Positions 38,141-47,639 are shown, numbered from the stretch's first letter. The stretch is DNA of 64,000 nt from Chthoniobacterales bacterium (GCA_040881855.1 JBBECM010000073.1:12515-76514), one strand, 5' to 3'. Translations and numbers: made by a program. The notes: generated from the sequence alone by a model not told the origin.

Positions 38141-40102
38141 TCAGAGGCCCCCGCGGACAACGCGAAAGACGTGCGCGACCCTCTCGGCGGGGTCCAGTTC
38201 CACATAGTTGCGCGACCCGTGCCAGGTCCAACGCTCGCCGGTGAGCAGATCCTCCACCACGTAGTCCGCATCCCAAGCCAGCCCGTATTCCCAAAGCGGC
38301 CACTCGACGGCGGCTGTCTGCCAGGTGGACGGGTCGAGATTGACCGCCACGAGCAGGAGGTTGCCGCCCGTCGCTTTGGCGAAAAAAAGGATCTGGTCGT
38401 TCTCCGCCGCGTGGAAGCGGAGGTTGGTCAGGTGCTGGAGGGCCGGATTGGCGCGGCGGATCGCGTTCAACCGCGCGACGAAGGCCTTGATGTTGCCCGG
38501 CGCGCTCCAATCGCGCTGCTTGAATTGGTATTTCTCGCTGTCGAGATACTCCTCGCGTCCGGGCAGAGCGGAATTCTCGCACAACTCGAAGCCGCTGTAG
38601 ATCCCGTAGAGCGGCGAGAGCGTGGCGGCCAGCACCGCGCGGATCATGAACGGTGCCCGGCCGTCCTGCTGCAGGAAGAACGGCAAAATGTCCGGCGTGT
38701 TGGTGAAGAAGTTCGGACGGAAATAATCGGCCGACCACGGTGCGCTCACTTCGGACAAGTATTCGGTCAGCTCCGACTTGGTGTTCCGCCAGGTGAAGTA
38801 GGTGTAGCTCTGCGAGAACCCGGCCTTGGCCAGCACGCGCATCATTTTCGGCTTGGTGAAAGCCTCGCTGAGGAACACCAGATCGGGAAACTTGGACCGT
38901 GTTTCCGCAATGAGCCATTCCCACATCGCCACCGGCTTGGTGTGCGGATTGTCGACGCGGAAGGTGCGCACGCCGCGCTTCGCCCACCACAAGATCACGT
39001 CGCGCAGTTCGTTCCACAGCTCCTGCCACGACGCGTTGTGGTAATCGAGCGGGTAGACGTCCTCGTATTTTTTGGGCGGATTCTCCGCGTATTTGATCGT
39101 CCCGTCCGGACGGTGGAAAAACCACTCGGGATGTGCAGCCACATAAGGATGGTCGGGCGAACAGTTGAGGGCGAAATCCAGCGCCACCTCGAGCCCGCGC
39201 TTTTTCGCCTCGCCGACCAGCCATTCGAAATCTTCCAGCGTCCCCAACTCCGGGGCAACATCGCGATGCCCGCCGCCGTGCGGACAACCCAGGTGCCGGT
39301 TGCCGATGGCGTAAGGAACGCCGGGATCACCCGGCGCGCATTCCAACGCGTTGTTGCGCCCCTTGCGCTTGGCCGTGCCGATCGGATGGACCGGCGGGAA
39401 ATACACCACGTCGAAACCCATCGCCTTGGCATCGTCGAGGCGGCCGAGGCAATCACGGAAAGTCGAACCGCGGTCACCGTGCCCCCCGGCCGAACGCGGG
39501 AAAAATTCATACCACGCGGCGAAGAGCGCCGCCTTGCGCTCGACCATGATGCGGCCGTAGGGAGGGAAGTCGCTCCCGATCGAGCGGTCGGGATATTTCG
39601 CCATGATCGCGGCCAAGTCGCGCCGGCCCGCGATGACACTGGCTGGCCCGCGGTCCGTTGCTTCGCGCAATTGCGCGGCCGCGCCGCGGAGGATGGCGGC
39701 GTCCGCTTTTTTCGCCCGCGAAGCCCCTTGTTCGAGGAGTTCCGCGCCTTCCAGCGCCTCCGAACCCAGATCTTGCTGGCCGCCCTGGTGTTTCCGCCGG
39801 AACTCGTCGCGCCATGTCTCGTAGGTGTCGAGCCAGGCCTCGACGGTGTATTCGCAGTCGCCGATTTCGGTCACGGTGAAGGAACCGGACCACACGTCGT
39901 TCTCGCCCGGCTTCATCGGCGCTTCCCGCCACGTCTTCGCGCCGGTCCTGCGCCATTTGACCACGGCGGCAATCACATCGTGGCCATCCTTGAAGATGTC
40001 GGCGGTGACGTGCACTGGATCGCCGACGAGGCGCTTGATGGCGTAGCGCCCGCAGTCGAGCAGCGGGCTCACGTTCTCGATGACGATGGCGGTCTTTTTC
40101 AT
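38141..40102 (-). CDS. glgE: alpha-1,4-glucan:maltose-1-phosphate maltosyltransferase
   Basis: GlgE-specific blocks: IENVSPLLDCGRYAIKR, YEFFPRS, VYFPPVHPIG, FRVDNPHTKP, FFRPNFFTNTPDIL. Track ORF trimmed to the ATG at 40102 (MKKTAIV), which overlaps the upstream stop (ATGA). Confidence 0.9.
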   Translation of the reverse strand: MKKTAIVIENVSPLLDCGRYAIKRLVGDPVHVTADIFKDGHDVIAAVVKWRRTGAKTWREAPMKPGENDVWSGSFTVTEIGDCEYTVEAWLDTYETWRDEFRRKHQGGQQDLGSEALEGAELLEQGASRAKKADAAILRGAAAQLREATDRGPASVIAGRRDLAAIMAKYPDRSIGSDFPPYGRIMVERKAALFAAWYEFFPRSAGGHGDRGSTFRDCLGRLDDAKAMGFDVVYFPPVHPIGTAKRKGRNNALECAPGDPGVPYAIGNRHLGCPHGGGHRDVAPELGTLEDFEWLVGEAKKRGLEVALDFALNCSPDHPYVAAHPEWFFHRPDGTIKYAENPPKKYEDVYPLDYHNASWQELWNELRDVILWWAKRGVRTFRVDNPHTKPVAMWEWLIAETRSKFPDLVFLSEAFTKPKMMRVLAKAGFSQSYTYFTWRNTKSELTEYLSEVSAPWSADYFRPNFFTNTPDILPFFLQQDGRAPFMIRAVLAATLSPLYGIYSGFELCENSALPGREEYLDSEKYQFKQRDWSAPGNIKAFVARLNAIRRANPALQHLTNLRFHAAENDQILFFAKATGGNLLLVAVNLDPSTWQTAAVEWPLWEYGLAWDADYVVEDLLTGERWTWHGSRNYVELDPAERVAHVFRVVRGGL

Positions 40103-41046
40103 TGCGCGGCGGCACGGATGGCGCCGGCCAGAGGTTGCCATGCGGCTTCGGCCTCGCAAAGCCCGGCCAATCGTTCGGCCGCCACCGGAATGTGGGCCAG
40201 GAACGCCGTCTTGCCCTTGGTTTTGCCGAGGAAGCCGTAGGCCCCGAGCGCCTGCATCAATCTCTGCCGCGCGCCGGCGTTCAGTTCCTGCTCCCAAGCG
40301 GCGCGGTCCGTGCGTCCGGCCAGGCCCGCATAAATCGCAGACAACTCTTCACGCTCCCCCGGCGTCATTTGCACATACGGGTCGTAGAGCAGCGACGCCA
40401 CGTCATAACCGGCCAGACCGGCACGCATGCCTTGGAAGTCGATCAAGGTGACCTCACCGTCGTGCACCATGACATTCTGCGACTGCAGGTCGCGGTGGAC
40501 AATCACGCGCGGGAGCGCAGCCAGACCCTCCGCCTGGGCCTCCAAGGGAACGGTGGCGCGCCAGTGCGCCGCTGTTCCGGCTCCGAGGAAATTCTCGAAA
40601 AAATAATCCTGCTCCCAGCGGTAAAGTGCGCCATCGAACGGCTCGCGCAAAACGTGCTCCGCCTCGGCCGGCGGCAAATCAAGAGCATGCATCCGCGCGG
40701 CCTCGCGCAATGCTTTGGTGTAGAGATCGCGCCGCACCGGCCACGGCTCCTCGCGGTGGGACCAGAGGTCCTCGGTGCCGGCGTCCTCCATGAGCAAGCG
40801 GCGCCACTCCGCGTCGTGGGCCAGCACGGCAGGCACGCGAAGACCATGACGGTGCAGGAAATCGGCGCAATGCGCGTAGCGGCTGTTCTCCGCTTTCTCC
40901 AGACCGTAGAAAACCGCGATCAAACCGGAGGCCGCGCCGCGGCCGCGCCAGAACTGACGGTCGGATCCCCCGTGGTTGACCGGCACCCACTGGCCGCCGG
41001 TCGCGGCGGGATGGACGGATTCGACCCAGGCGAAAAGTTCCTTCAT
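40099..41046 (-). CDS. APH-fold (aminoglycoside phosphotransferase-like) sugar kinase, AmgK/NahK/maltokinase-like
   Basis: Catalytic loop VIVHRDLQSQNVMV and metal-binding LIDFQGMRAGLAGYDVASLLYDPY, which closely resembles the anomeric sugar kinase pattern HRD.HS.N / IDFQD...YDL.SLL.D. ATG at 41046 overlaps the upstream stop. Confidence 0.8.
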   Translation of the reverse strand: MKELFAWVESVHPAATGGQWVPVNHGGSDRQFWRGRGAASGLIAVFYGLEKAENSRYAHCADFLHRHGLRVPAVLAHDAEWRRLLMEDAGTEDLWSHREEPWPVRRDLYTKALREAARMHALDLPPAEAEHVLREPFDGALYRWEQDYFFENFLGAGTAAHWRATVPLEAQAEGLAALPRVIVHRDLQSQNVMVHDGEVTLIDFQGMRAGLAGYDVASLLYDPYVQMTPGEREELSAIYAGLAGRTDRAAWEQELNAGARQRLMQALGAYGFLGKTKGKTAFLAHIPVAAERLAGLCEAEAAWQPLAGAIRAAAQ

Positions 41047-42020
41047 ACCACCGTGTCTTTGACTTCGCCGGCCGCGATCATGCCCTCGCGCACGACCGAC
41101 CCCTCGACGACCGCGCCCGGTTCGACGCGGCTGCCGGCCCAGAGGATCGAGTTCGTGACACGCGCACCCGCCCCGACATGGGAGTCCGGTCCGCACCAAT
41201 TCCATCCGCCCATCGCGGCATCCGCCGCCACTTCCGCGCCCGGCAGGCGCCAGACCGGCCAGCCGGACGGAGCCGTCGCGGGCGGGGTGACCTTCGCCGT
41301 TCCCGCCGCGAAGTCTGCATGCACGCGGAGGTATTCCGCGATGTTCCCGATGTCGCGCCAGATGCCGTCGTCGAGAACCACGCCGGCAATTTCCCCCCCC
41401 GAACGGAGCACCTCGAGCCACACCGGCACGAAGGAAACCGGTTGGCCGGAGGGAATCCGCGGCAGCAATTCCGGCGCAACCACGCACACGCCGGTGTAGA
41501 GAAAACGCGGATCGGTGGAACCCAACTCACCGCGAAAATCGGTGACCAAGCCGCGCGCCGCATCAAAGGCCACCCGCATCTCGTCCCCCGAAGACCGCAG
41601 CGCCAGCGTGCACAAGGCACCGCTCCCGGCGTGCGCGACGAAGAGCGCGGCAAGATCGACCTCGGCCAGAATGTCGCCGTTGTGCACCAGCACCGGTCCG
41701 GGCAGCAAAAGATCCTCCACGTTTTTCAATCCGCCCGCCGTTTCCAGCAGCACTTCCTCGTGGCGGAAATAGACCGGAACACCCGCATAGCGGGACGGAG
41801 CGGGGTATTCGGGAAACAACCGGATGAACTCGCCCGGAAGCCGGTGCGTGTTGATCACGATCCGCTCGACGCCCGCCGCGGCAATCCGCGCCAGGGCAAA
41901 CTCGCACAGCGGCACACCGCAGACGGGCACCAGCGGCTTCGGGATCTGGTTGGTCAGCGGCTGCAGACGCTCGCCCCAACCCGCACAGAGCACGAAGGCC
42001 GTCCGCGGCACCGCGCTCAC
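41043..42020 (-). CDS. sugar-1-phosphate nucleotidyltransferase with C-terminal left-handed beta-helix
   Basis: N-terminal VLCAGWGERLQPLTNQIPKPLVPV (G.G.R..PLT...PKP). The C-terminal hexapeptide-like repeats (VGAGARVTNSILWAGSRVEPGAVVEGSVV) resemble those of GlmU/GMPP-type enzymes. The GTG start overlaps the GNAT stop. Confidence 0.85.
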   Translation of the reverse strand: MSAVPRTAFVLCAGWGERLQPLTNQIPKPLVPVCGVPLCEFALARIAAAGVERIVINTHRLPGEFIRLFPEYPAPSRYAGVPVYFRHEEVLLETAGGLKNVEDLLLPGPVLVHNGDILAEVDLAALFVAHAGSGALCTLALRSSGDEMRVAFDAARGLVTDFRGELGSTDPRFLYTGVCVVAPELLPRIPSGQPVSFVPVWLEVLRSGGEIAGVVLDDGIWRDIGNIAEYLRVHADFAAGTAKVTPPATAPSGWPVWRLPGAEVAADAAMGGWNWCGPDSHVGAGARVTNSILWAGSRVEPGAVVEGSVVREGMIAAGEVKDTVV

Positions 42021-42493
42021 GAGGCCCCGCCGCCCCCCGGCTCGAGAAGAAGGCGCATCGTCACCATCTCGGACAGCTTGAAACCGTGCTTGCGGTAGAA
42101 CTCGACAAGGCTCCCGTCGCCGCGGTGCGTCAGGAGCGTGATGCGCAGGAAATTTTTCTTCTGCGCGAAATCGATGGCATGACGCAGGAGTCGCGCCCCG
42201 TGGCCCTGGCCGCGGTGATCGGCACGAATGACAAGATCCTCGAGCACGACGACAAATCCGCCTTCCGCCGTGCTGATGGTGAAGAGCAAATTGATCATCC
42301 CGATGATGCGGAGGCTGTCGCGCAACACGAAAATCCTTCCGCGGTTGGGTTGCTCGAGAATGAGGCGCAGGCCGCGCATCTGTTTGTCGTAATCCGGACG
42401 GAAATCCGGCTCGTGCGAGAACAAATCGGCCAGCAACTCCGCGAGCAAGGGCAAATCCTCGAGGGTGGCCGGTTCGATGCGCAGATCGGGCAT
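42017..42493 (-). CDS. GNAT-family N-acetyltransferase
   Basis: Acetyl-CoA motif A VIRADHRGQGHGARLL. 158 aa. Track ORF trimmed to the ATG at 42493. Confidence 0.85.
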   Translation of the reverse strand: MPDLRIEPATLEDLPLLAELLADLFSHEPDFRPDYDKQMRGLRLILEQPNRGRIFVLRDSLRIIGMINLLFTISTAEGGFVVVLEDLVIRADHRGQGHGARLLRHAIDFAQKKNFLRITLLTHRGDGSLVEFYRKHGFKLSEMVTMRLLLEPGGGGAS

Positions 42494-42545
42494 GGCCGAG
42501 TTGTAGCGGGGAGCCTCCCCCGCGCGCAAGGCGGCGCGCCCGGGC

Positions 42546-44288
42546 TCAGGCACGCCCGAATTTCCGGTCCAGTTCCCGCCAAGAAAACTGCAGCATGACC
42601 GGACGCCCGTCGGGGTCGCAGTAGGGCAGCTCGCAAGCCAGCAATTGCGCGACCAGCGCCCGTTGCTCGCGTTCGTCGCGCGCCCCCTCGCCGCCGACCG
42701 CCAGCCGCGCCACTGCCCGGCGCACCGCGTCCGCGGCGTCGGGCCCGCGCGGACGTCCGGCCGCCAGGCAGCCCGCCGCAAAGTCCTCCATCACCCGGCG
42801 GGGATCGCGCCCGGCGAGAAAATCGGGCAGGGCCTCGACCTTGAGCGAGCGGCCGCCGAAAACCTCCACACCGAAACCCGCCGAAGAGAGGACCCCGAGA
42901 TTCTCCGCCACGGTTTCATGATCGCGCGGGGGAAGTTCGAAAACCTCCGGCACGAGCAGGCGCTGGGCGGCCACCCCGCCTTTTTCCACCCCGCGCTGCA
43001 ACCTCTCGAAGAGCACCCGCTGGTGCGCCGCACGCTGATCGAGGAGGACAAGGCCCTCGGCACCCTCGAGGAGCAGGTAGCGGCGCGACAACGATCCGAC
43101 GAGACGGAATTCCAGCGGGGCCGCCGTGCGCGGCAGCGGGGTTTCCGTGGCGGTGGCGGTCGGGGAAGCAGCAGCCGGAAGGACGGGGCGCGGCAACTCC
43201 GGTTGGTGCACCGCCTCCGGGATCGGCGGCGGGACAGGCGCCGGCGACTGCAAACGCGCCGCCACATGCGTCCGCAGCGGTCGCATCCACTCGGCACGCG
43301 CCGCGCGCAACGCCCCCTCGACCGCCGTCCGCACCGCCTCCCGCACGGCAGCACCTTGGCGGAAGCGGACCTCGCGCTTGGCCGGGTGCACATTGCAGTC
43401 GACCGCGCGCGGATCCATGGCGAGATACAGGTAGACCGAGGGATGGCGCCCGGGTTCGAGCATCTGGCGGTAAGCCTCGCGCAGGCCGGATGACAGAAAA
43501 ACGCTCTCCACGGCGCGCCCGTTGACGAAAATAAATTGCCGCCCACGGTCGGCCCGCGTCACCCCGGGGCGCGAAACCAAACCGGCCACGCGCACGCCAT
43601 GCACCTCGGTTTCCGGCACCTCCAAAAGATCCTTGGCCTCTTCCGCACCATAAAGATCGGCCACCCGCGGCCCCGGTCCAAGGGCGGCGGCCGCGCGGAA
43701 TACAGTCCGCCCGTCGCGCACGTAGTGGAAAGCCGCATCCGGCCTGGCCAGCGCCGCCGTCTCCACCGCCCGGTCGAGGTGCGCCGTCTCGGTCGCGGCG
43801 CTGCGCAGGAATTTCCGCCGCGCCGGCACGTTGAAGAAAAGCGATTTCACCTCGACCGTCGTCCCCGGCGGGCAGCCCGCCTCGCGCACCGCGACCAGCT
43901 TCCCGCCCCGGACCACCGCCTCCGTGCCCGCGTCAGCCCCGGCCGGCCTCGTCCGCAAGGTCAATTCCGACACGCTCGCGATGCTCGGCACCGCCTCGCC
44001 GCGGAACCCCATCGTCCGCACATCGGCCAGATCCGCCGCCGTGGCGATTTTGCTCGTGGCGTGCCGTTCCAGCGCCAGGAGCGCATCTTCCCGGTCCATC
44101 CCCGCCCCATCGTCGGTCACCCGCAGTAAAACCGTGCCCGCACCGCGCACCTCGACCTCCAGCGCGACCGCGCCCGCATCGAGACTGTTTTCCAGCAACT
44201 CCTTGACCACGGAGGCCGGACGCTCCACCACCTCGCCGGCCGCCACCTGGCTGGCCACCTCGTCGGAGAGCACTCGTATTTTACCCAC
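42546..44288 (-). CDS. mutL: DNA mismatch repair protein MutL
   Basis: GHKL ATPase N-terminus (VAAGEVVERPASVVKELLENSLDAG, DDGAGM, GFRGEAVPSI) and a C-terminal dimerisation/endonuclease-type domain. GTG start. Confidence 0.92.
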   Translation of the reverse strand: MGKIRVLSDEVASQVAAGEVVERPASVVKELLENSLDAGAVALEVEVRGAGTVLLRVTDDGAGMDREDALLALERHATSKIATAADLADVRTMGFRGEAVPSIASVSELTLRTRPAGADAGTEAVVRGGKLVAVREAGCPPGTTVEVKSLFFNVPARRKFLRSAATETAHLDRAVETAALARPDAAFHYVRDGRTVFRAAAALGPGPRVADLYGAEEAKDLLEVPETEVHGVRVAGLVSRPGVTRADRGRQFIFVNGRAVESVFLSSGLREAYRQMLEPGRHPSVYLYLAMDPRAVDCNVHPAKREVRFRQGAAVREAVRTAVEGALRAARAEWMRPLRTHVAARLQSPAPVPPPIPEAVHQPELPRPVLPAAASPTATATETPLPRTAAPLEFRLVGSLSRRYLLLEGAEGLVLLDQRAAHQRVLFERLQRGVEKGGVAAQRLLVPEVFELPPRDHETVAENLGVLSSAGFGVEVFGGRSLKVEALPDFLAGRDPRRVMEDFAAGCLAAGRPRGPDAADAVRRAVARLAVGGEGARDEREQRALVAQLLACELPYCDPDGRPVMLQFSWRELDRKFGRA

Positions 44289-44399
44289 GGAAATCGCCTC
44301 CCGTTTGACTTGGACGCACCGCCTGATTTAGAGACACTCGGCTTTCTTACATGCGCCGACACCACGACTCAATGCCCGCGCGCCGGAGCCGCCGATCCC

Positions 44400-45806
44400 A
44401 TGCCTAAACGCACCTCCCTCGGGCAGGCGGGCGGCGACGGCAATCTTTTCGTCTGGACCGTCTTCATCATCCTCCTCGCCCTCGTCGCGGCGGCCTGCTG
44501 GATCGGCAGCTTCTATGTTTTCGGCCACCCCGAGAACGGCTTCAGCTACCGCGTCCTGCGTTCCCTCGGCAAGGTCGACCCGCCGAAACGCTTCAAACTG
44601 ACCGCCGCGCCGCGCGGCCAGTTTCTCGACGCGGATAAACTCCTCGAGCGCTACGGGGACCAGTCGCCCGCCCAACTCGACGCCGCCAGCGATCTCCTCC
44701 TGCGCAACTACCTGCGCAATTACTACCAGAGCAAAGACCGCGTCCCTTATGTCACGGGCTCCTTCAATATCATGGGCGTCTTCCGGCTCGGGCCGAACAA
44801 CTTCGTCACCAGCGGCGTGGTGGCCCTCGCCCGCTCGACCGACAACCCGTCGCTGCTGCTCGAGATCATTTTCCCCACCGAGGAGAAAAACGTGGGCAAC
44901 CTCGAACGCATGCTGCAAACCGGTCTCGACCTCACGCTCGCGCGCACCCTCGACCTCACCGCCGTGATCAATGCGTGCCGCCTCCCCGACGGCCGCCTCA
45001 ATCTCACCGCGGTGCCGCTCCTCTACGGCAGCTACACCTCGACCGACGACACCGGCACCTTCAACCTCGAACCCCCGGTCTCCCTCAACGTCTCGGCCGG
45101 CCTCCCCGTCCTCAACCGGGCCGCCGTGGAAAAAGCCGAAGAATACTACGCCGGATACCTCGAGCGCGCCGGCTTGGCGGACAAATCCTCCGCGCCCGCG
45201 CTGATGCGCGTGCAAAAAACCGAGGCGGCCAATCCGGAGGCCGCGCCCGTTCCCGCCACCCCGCCCGCGGGGACCACCGCAATGATCGACGGCGTGCCCG
45301 TCGCCCGGGCCGTGGCCGTGGACACCGCCGGCGAAGACGTGCCCGTGGCCCGGGCCGAACCCGCCGGAGGAGACGTGCCCGCGCCGACACCGGCTCCGGC
45401 CGCCGCGCTGGAACCCTTCACCGCCGCCACGCCGCCGGCCGCCGCGCCTTCGCCGGAAAGCGGGACGCGGAATTGGACCCTCTATGACGCGGGTCGCATG
45501 CCGCGCGGGCGGCTCCTCGATGCCAACGCCGCGCGCAACCTCGCGGGCCAAGGCGCCCCCGCCGACCCCGTCTACCTCTCCGGGGAGTTCAGCGTGGCCG
45601 GGACGGGAGGCGGACGCGCCATCCTCCGCGGGCGCAGGGCCCCGCGGAATGTGCGGATCATCGCCGACTTTCCGGCCGGCGCCACGCCGCCGGCCCAAGG
45701 ACAAACCTTCCGCCGCGACTCCTCGCGCCCCTTCCGGATCGACCGCGTCGAGGAGGGAGCCGATGGATTCGTCAACGTTTATGTCCGGGAAGTCACCCGG
45801 CCCTGA
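44400..45806 (+). CDS. membrane-anchored hypothetical protein with central Pro/Ala-rich linker
   Basis: ATG at 44400. TM helix LFVWTVFIILLALVAAACWIGSFYVF. Two globular parts separated by a P/A/T-rich stretch. Composition is much more natural than that of the antisense 514-aa ORF. Confidence 0.62.
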   Translation: MPKRTSLGQAGGDGNLFVWTVFIILLALVAAACWIGSFYVFGHPENGFSYRVLRSLGKVDPPKRFKLTAAPRGQFLDADKLLERYGDQSPAQLDAASDLLLRNYLRNYYQSKDRVPYVTGSFNIMGVFRLGPNNFVTSGVVALARSTDNPSLLLEIIFPTEEKNVGNLERMLQTGLDLTLARTLDLTAVINACRLPDGRLNLTAVPLLYGSYTSTDDTGTFNLEPPVSLNVSAGLPVLNRAAVEKAEEYYAGYLERAGLADKSSAPALMRVQKTEAANPEAAPVPATPPAGTTAMIDGVPVARAVAVDTAGEDVPVARAEPAGGDVPAPTPAPAAALEPFTAATPPAAAPSPESGTRNWTLYDAGRMPRGRLLDANAARNLAGQGAPADPVYLSGEFSVAGTGGGRAILRGRRAPRNVRIIADFPAGATPPAQGQTFRRDSSRPFRIDRVEEGADGFVNVYVREVTRP

Positions 45807-46902
45807 CGGACCCGCGGCCGAACTCCGCGACCGCATCGCGCGGCACGGACCCGTCGGCTTCGACGAATTCATGGCCGTCGCGCTCTACCACCCTCTCGGA
45901 GGGTATTACGTGTCGGACCAGCCGCGCACCGGGCAACGCGGGGACTTTTTCACCAGCGTGAGCGTCGGTCCGGTCTTCGGAAAACTTCTCGCCGCGCAAT
46001 TCCTCGAAATGCGGGAACAACTGGGGAACCCCGACGACTTCACGCTGGTCGAACAAGGGGCCGACAACGGGCAACTTCTCGCCGACATCCTCTCGGCTTG
46101 GAGCGGACCGTTGCCGCGCATCCTCGTCGTCGAACCCCTTCCCGGTCTGCGCATCCGCCAGCAACAAACCCTCGCCCCTTGGTCCGGTCACCTCACCCAC
46201 GTCGCGCACGAAGATGAATTGCCCGCGTTCAACGGCGTCTTCTTCGCCAACGAACTCCTCGACGCTTTCCCCGTCAAAATCCTCGTTCGCGAGCAAACCA
46301 TCTGGCGGGAGCGACGCGTCGACCATGACGGCACGAACTTTGTCTTCGTCGACGCACCCTGGTCCGGAGAAACGCCGCAGGTGCCCGGGGAGATTCCCCG
46401 TTTCGTGACCGAGGTTTGCCCGTCCCTCGCCCCCTGGCTGCAGGCAGTTGCCTCGCGACTGCAAAGCGGTTGGCTCCTGCTCGTCGATTACGGGCATCCC
46501 TCCGCCGTCCGCCACCAACCCGCCCGCGCGACCGGAACCCTTGCCGCTTACCGCGGGCACCAACGCCTCGATGATCCGCTGGCCGATCCCGGTTCGCAGG
46601 ACCTCACCGCGCATGTCGATTTCACCGCCGCGGCCCGCGCGGGCGAGCGGGCCGGACTGTCCCTCGCCGGTTTCACCGACCAGCACCACGCTCTCACCGC
46701 CCTCGCCGCGCAGGTCTTTCCGGCCATGCCCGGAAGCCAATTCACCAACGAAGCGGCCCGCGAAATGCGGGCTCTACGCCAGTTGCTCCATCCCGAAAGC
46801 ATGGGAACTTCCTTCAAATTTCTCGCACTGGCCAAAAGCCAGGCTGCACCCCTCGCCGCTTTCCGCTTCGCCCGCGACGCGCGGCATGAACTTTTCCCAT
46901 GA
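45781..46902 (+). CDS. MidA/NDUFAF7-family (DUF185) SAM-dependent methyltransferase
   Basis: LRDRIARHGPVGFDEFMAVALYHPLGGYY, DFFTSVSVGPVFG, LVEQGADNG, FANELLDAFPV and DLTAHVDF match the MidA family pattern. ATG at 45781 (26-nt overlap with the upstream gene). Confidence 0.8.
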   Translation: MSGKSPGPDGPAAELRDRIARHGPVGFDEFMAVALYHPLGGYYVSDQPRTGQRGDFFTSVSVGPVFGKLLAAQFLEMREQLGNPDDFTLVEQGADNGQLLADILSAWSGPLPRILVVEPLPGLRIRQQQTLAPWSGHLTHVAHEDELPAFNGVFFANELLDAFPVKILVREQTIWRERRVDHDGTNFVFVDAPWSGETPQVPGEIPRFVTEVCPSLAPWLQAVASRLQSGWLLLVDYGHPSAVRHQPARATGTLAAYRGHQRLDDPLADPGSQDLTAHVDFTAAARAGERAGLSLAGFTDQHHALTALAAQVFPAMPGSQFTNEAAREMRALRQLLHPESMGTSFKFLALAKSQAAPLAAFRFARDARHELFP

Positions 46903-47639
46903 CCCCGCCGACACCCGAACAACGCGAAGCCGCCCGCCGCCCCGCGCCGGCCCGCCGCGCCGTCATGCATCAGCGCTGGGAGCATCTTCTTTTTCTCCAC
47001 TGGTCCCTCGAACCCGATCTCGTCCAGCGCACTCTTCCGGCCGGACTCCACGCCGACACCTTCGACGGCCGCGCGTGGCTCGGCATCGTGCCCTTCGCCA
47101 TGCGCGCCGTGCGTCCCGCCGGGTTGCCCGCGGTAGGACCGCTCTCGAATTTTCTCGAACTCAATGTCCGCACGTACGTTCACGACGACCGCGGCGTGCC
47201 CGGCGTCTGGTTCTACTCGCTGGACTGCAACCAAGCACTGGCCGTCCTCATCGCGCAAAAAATTTTCCGCCTCCCTTACCGCCACGCGACGATGCGGGCC
47301 GACTTCGCGGACACCATCGACTATCGCTCCACCCGGCGCGGCACCGGTGCGGAATCACGTTACGTCTGGAGCCCGCACGGAGAGCAGCGCACGGCGGCGG
47401 AAGACAGCCTGGAGTTTTTTCTTCTCGAGCGATATCACCTTTACGCCGCGCGCGGCGACCGCCTCTACCGCGGCACGGTGGCCCACCCGCCTTACCGATT
47501 CCGCGAGGCCGGAGTCCGCGAACTCTCCACCACGCCGGCGACCCTCGATGGTTTTCCCGGGCTGGACCCGCAACCCCGGCACACCTGCCACGCCGATGGC
47601 GTCGATGTTCGCATCCTCGCCTTGGAAAAAGTCTCGTGA
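46899..47639 (+). CDS. DUF2071 (YqjF-like) family protein
   Basis: QRWEHLLFLHW...GRAWLGIVPF...ELNVRTYV are hallmark blocks of DUF2071. ATGA overlap with the MidA stop. Confidence 0.78.
   Translation: MTPPTPEQREAARRPAPARRAVMHQRWEHLLFLHWSLEPDLVQRTLPAGLHADTFDGRAWLGIVPFAMRAVRPAGLPAVGPLSNFLELNVRTYVHDDRGVPGVWFYSLDCNQALAVLIAQKIFRLPYRHATMRADFADTIDYRSTRRGTGAESRYVWSPHGEQRTAAEDSLEFFLLERYHLYAARGDRLYRGTVAHPPYRFREAGVRELSTTPATLDGFPGLDPQPRHTCHADGVDVRILALEKVS

Noticed and set aside
38045-40240. 731-aa plus-strand ORF
   Set aside because: It lies antisense to glgE, whose GlgE-specific blocks are unambiguous. The ORF's own sequence is R/G/P/V-rich and featureless.
44328-45872. 514-aa minus-strand ORF
   Set aside because: It lies antisense to the membrane-anchored hypothetical at 44400-45806 and is G/R/E-rich. 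Confidence is lower here because the plus-strand gene itself has no recognised family, but its TM helix and the operon coupling favour the plus strand.
46448-47635. N-terminal ~396 codons of the 707-aa ORF 46448..48571
   Set aside because: This part is P/R/S-rich and overlaps the MidA and DUF2071 genes in other frames. The real gene begins at the GTG at 47636, where the VOC-domain sequence starts and the start couples to the upstream stop.
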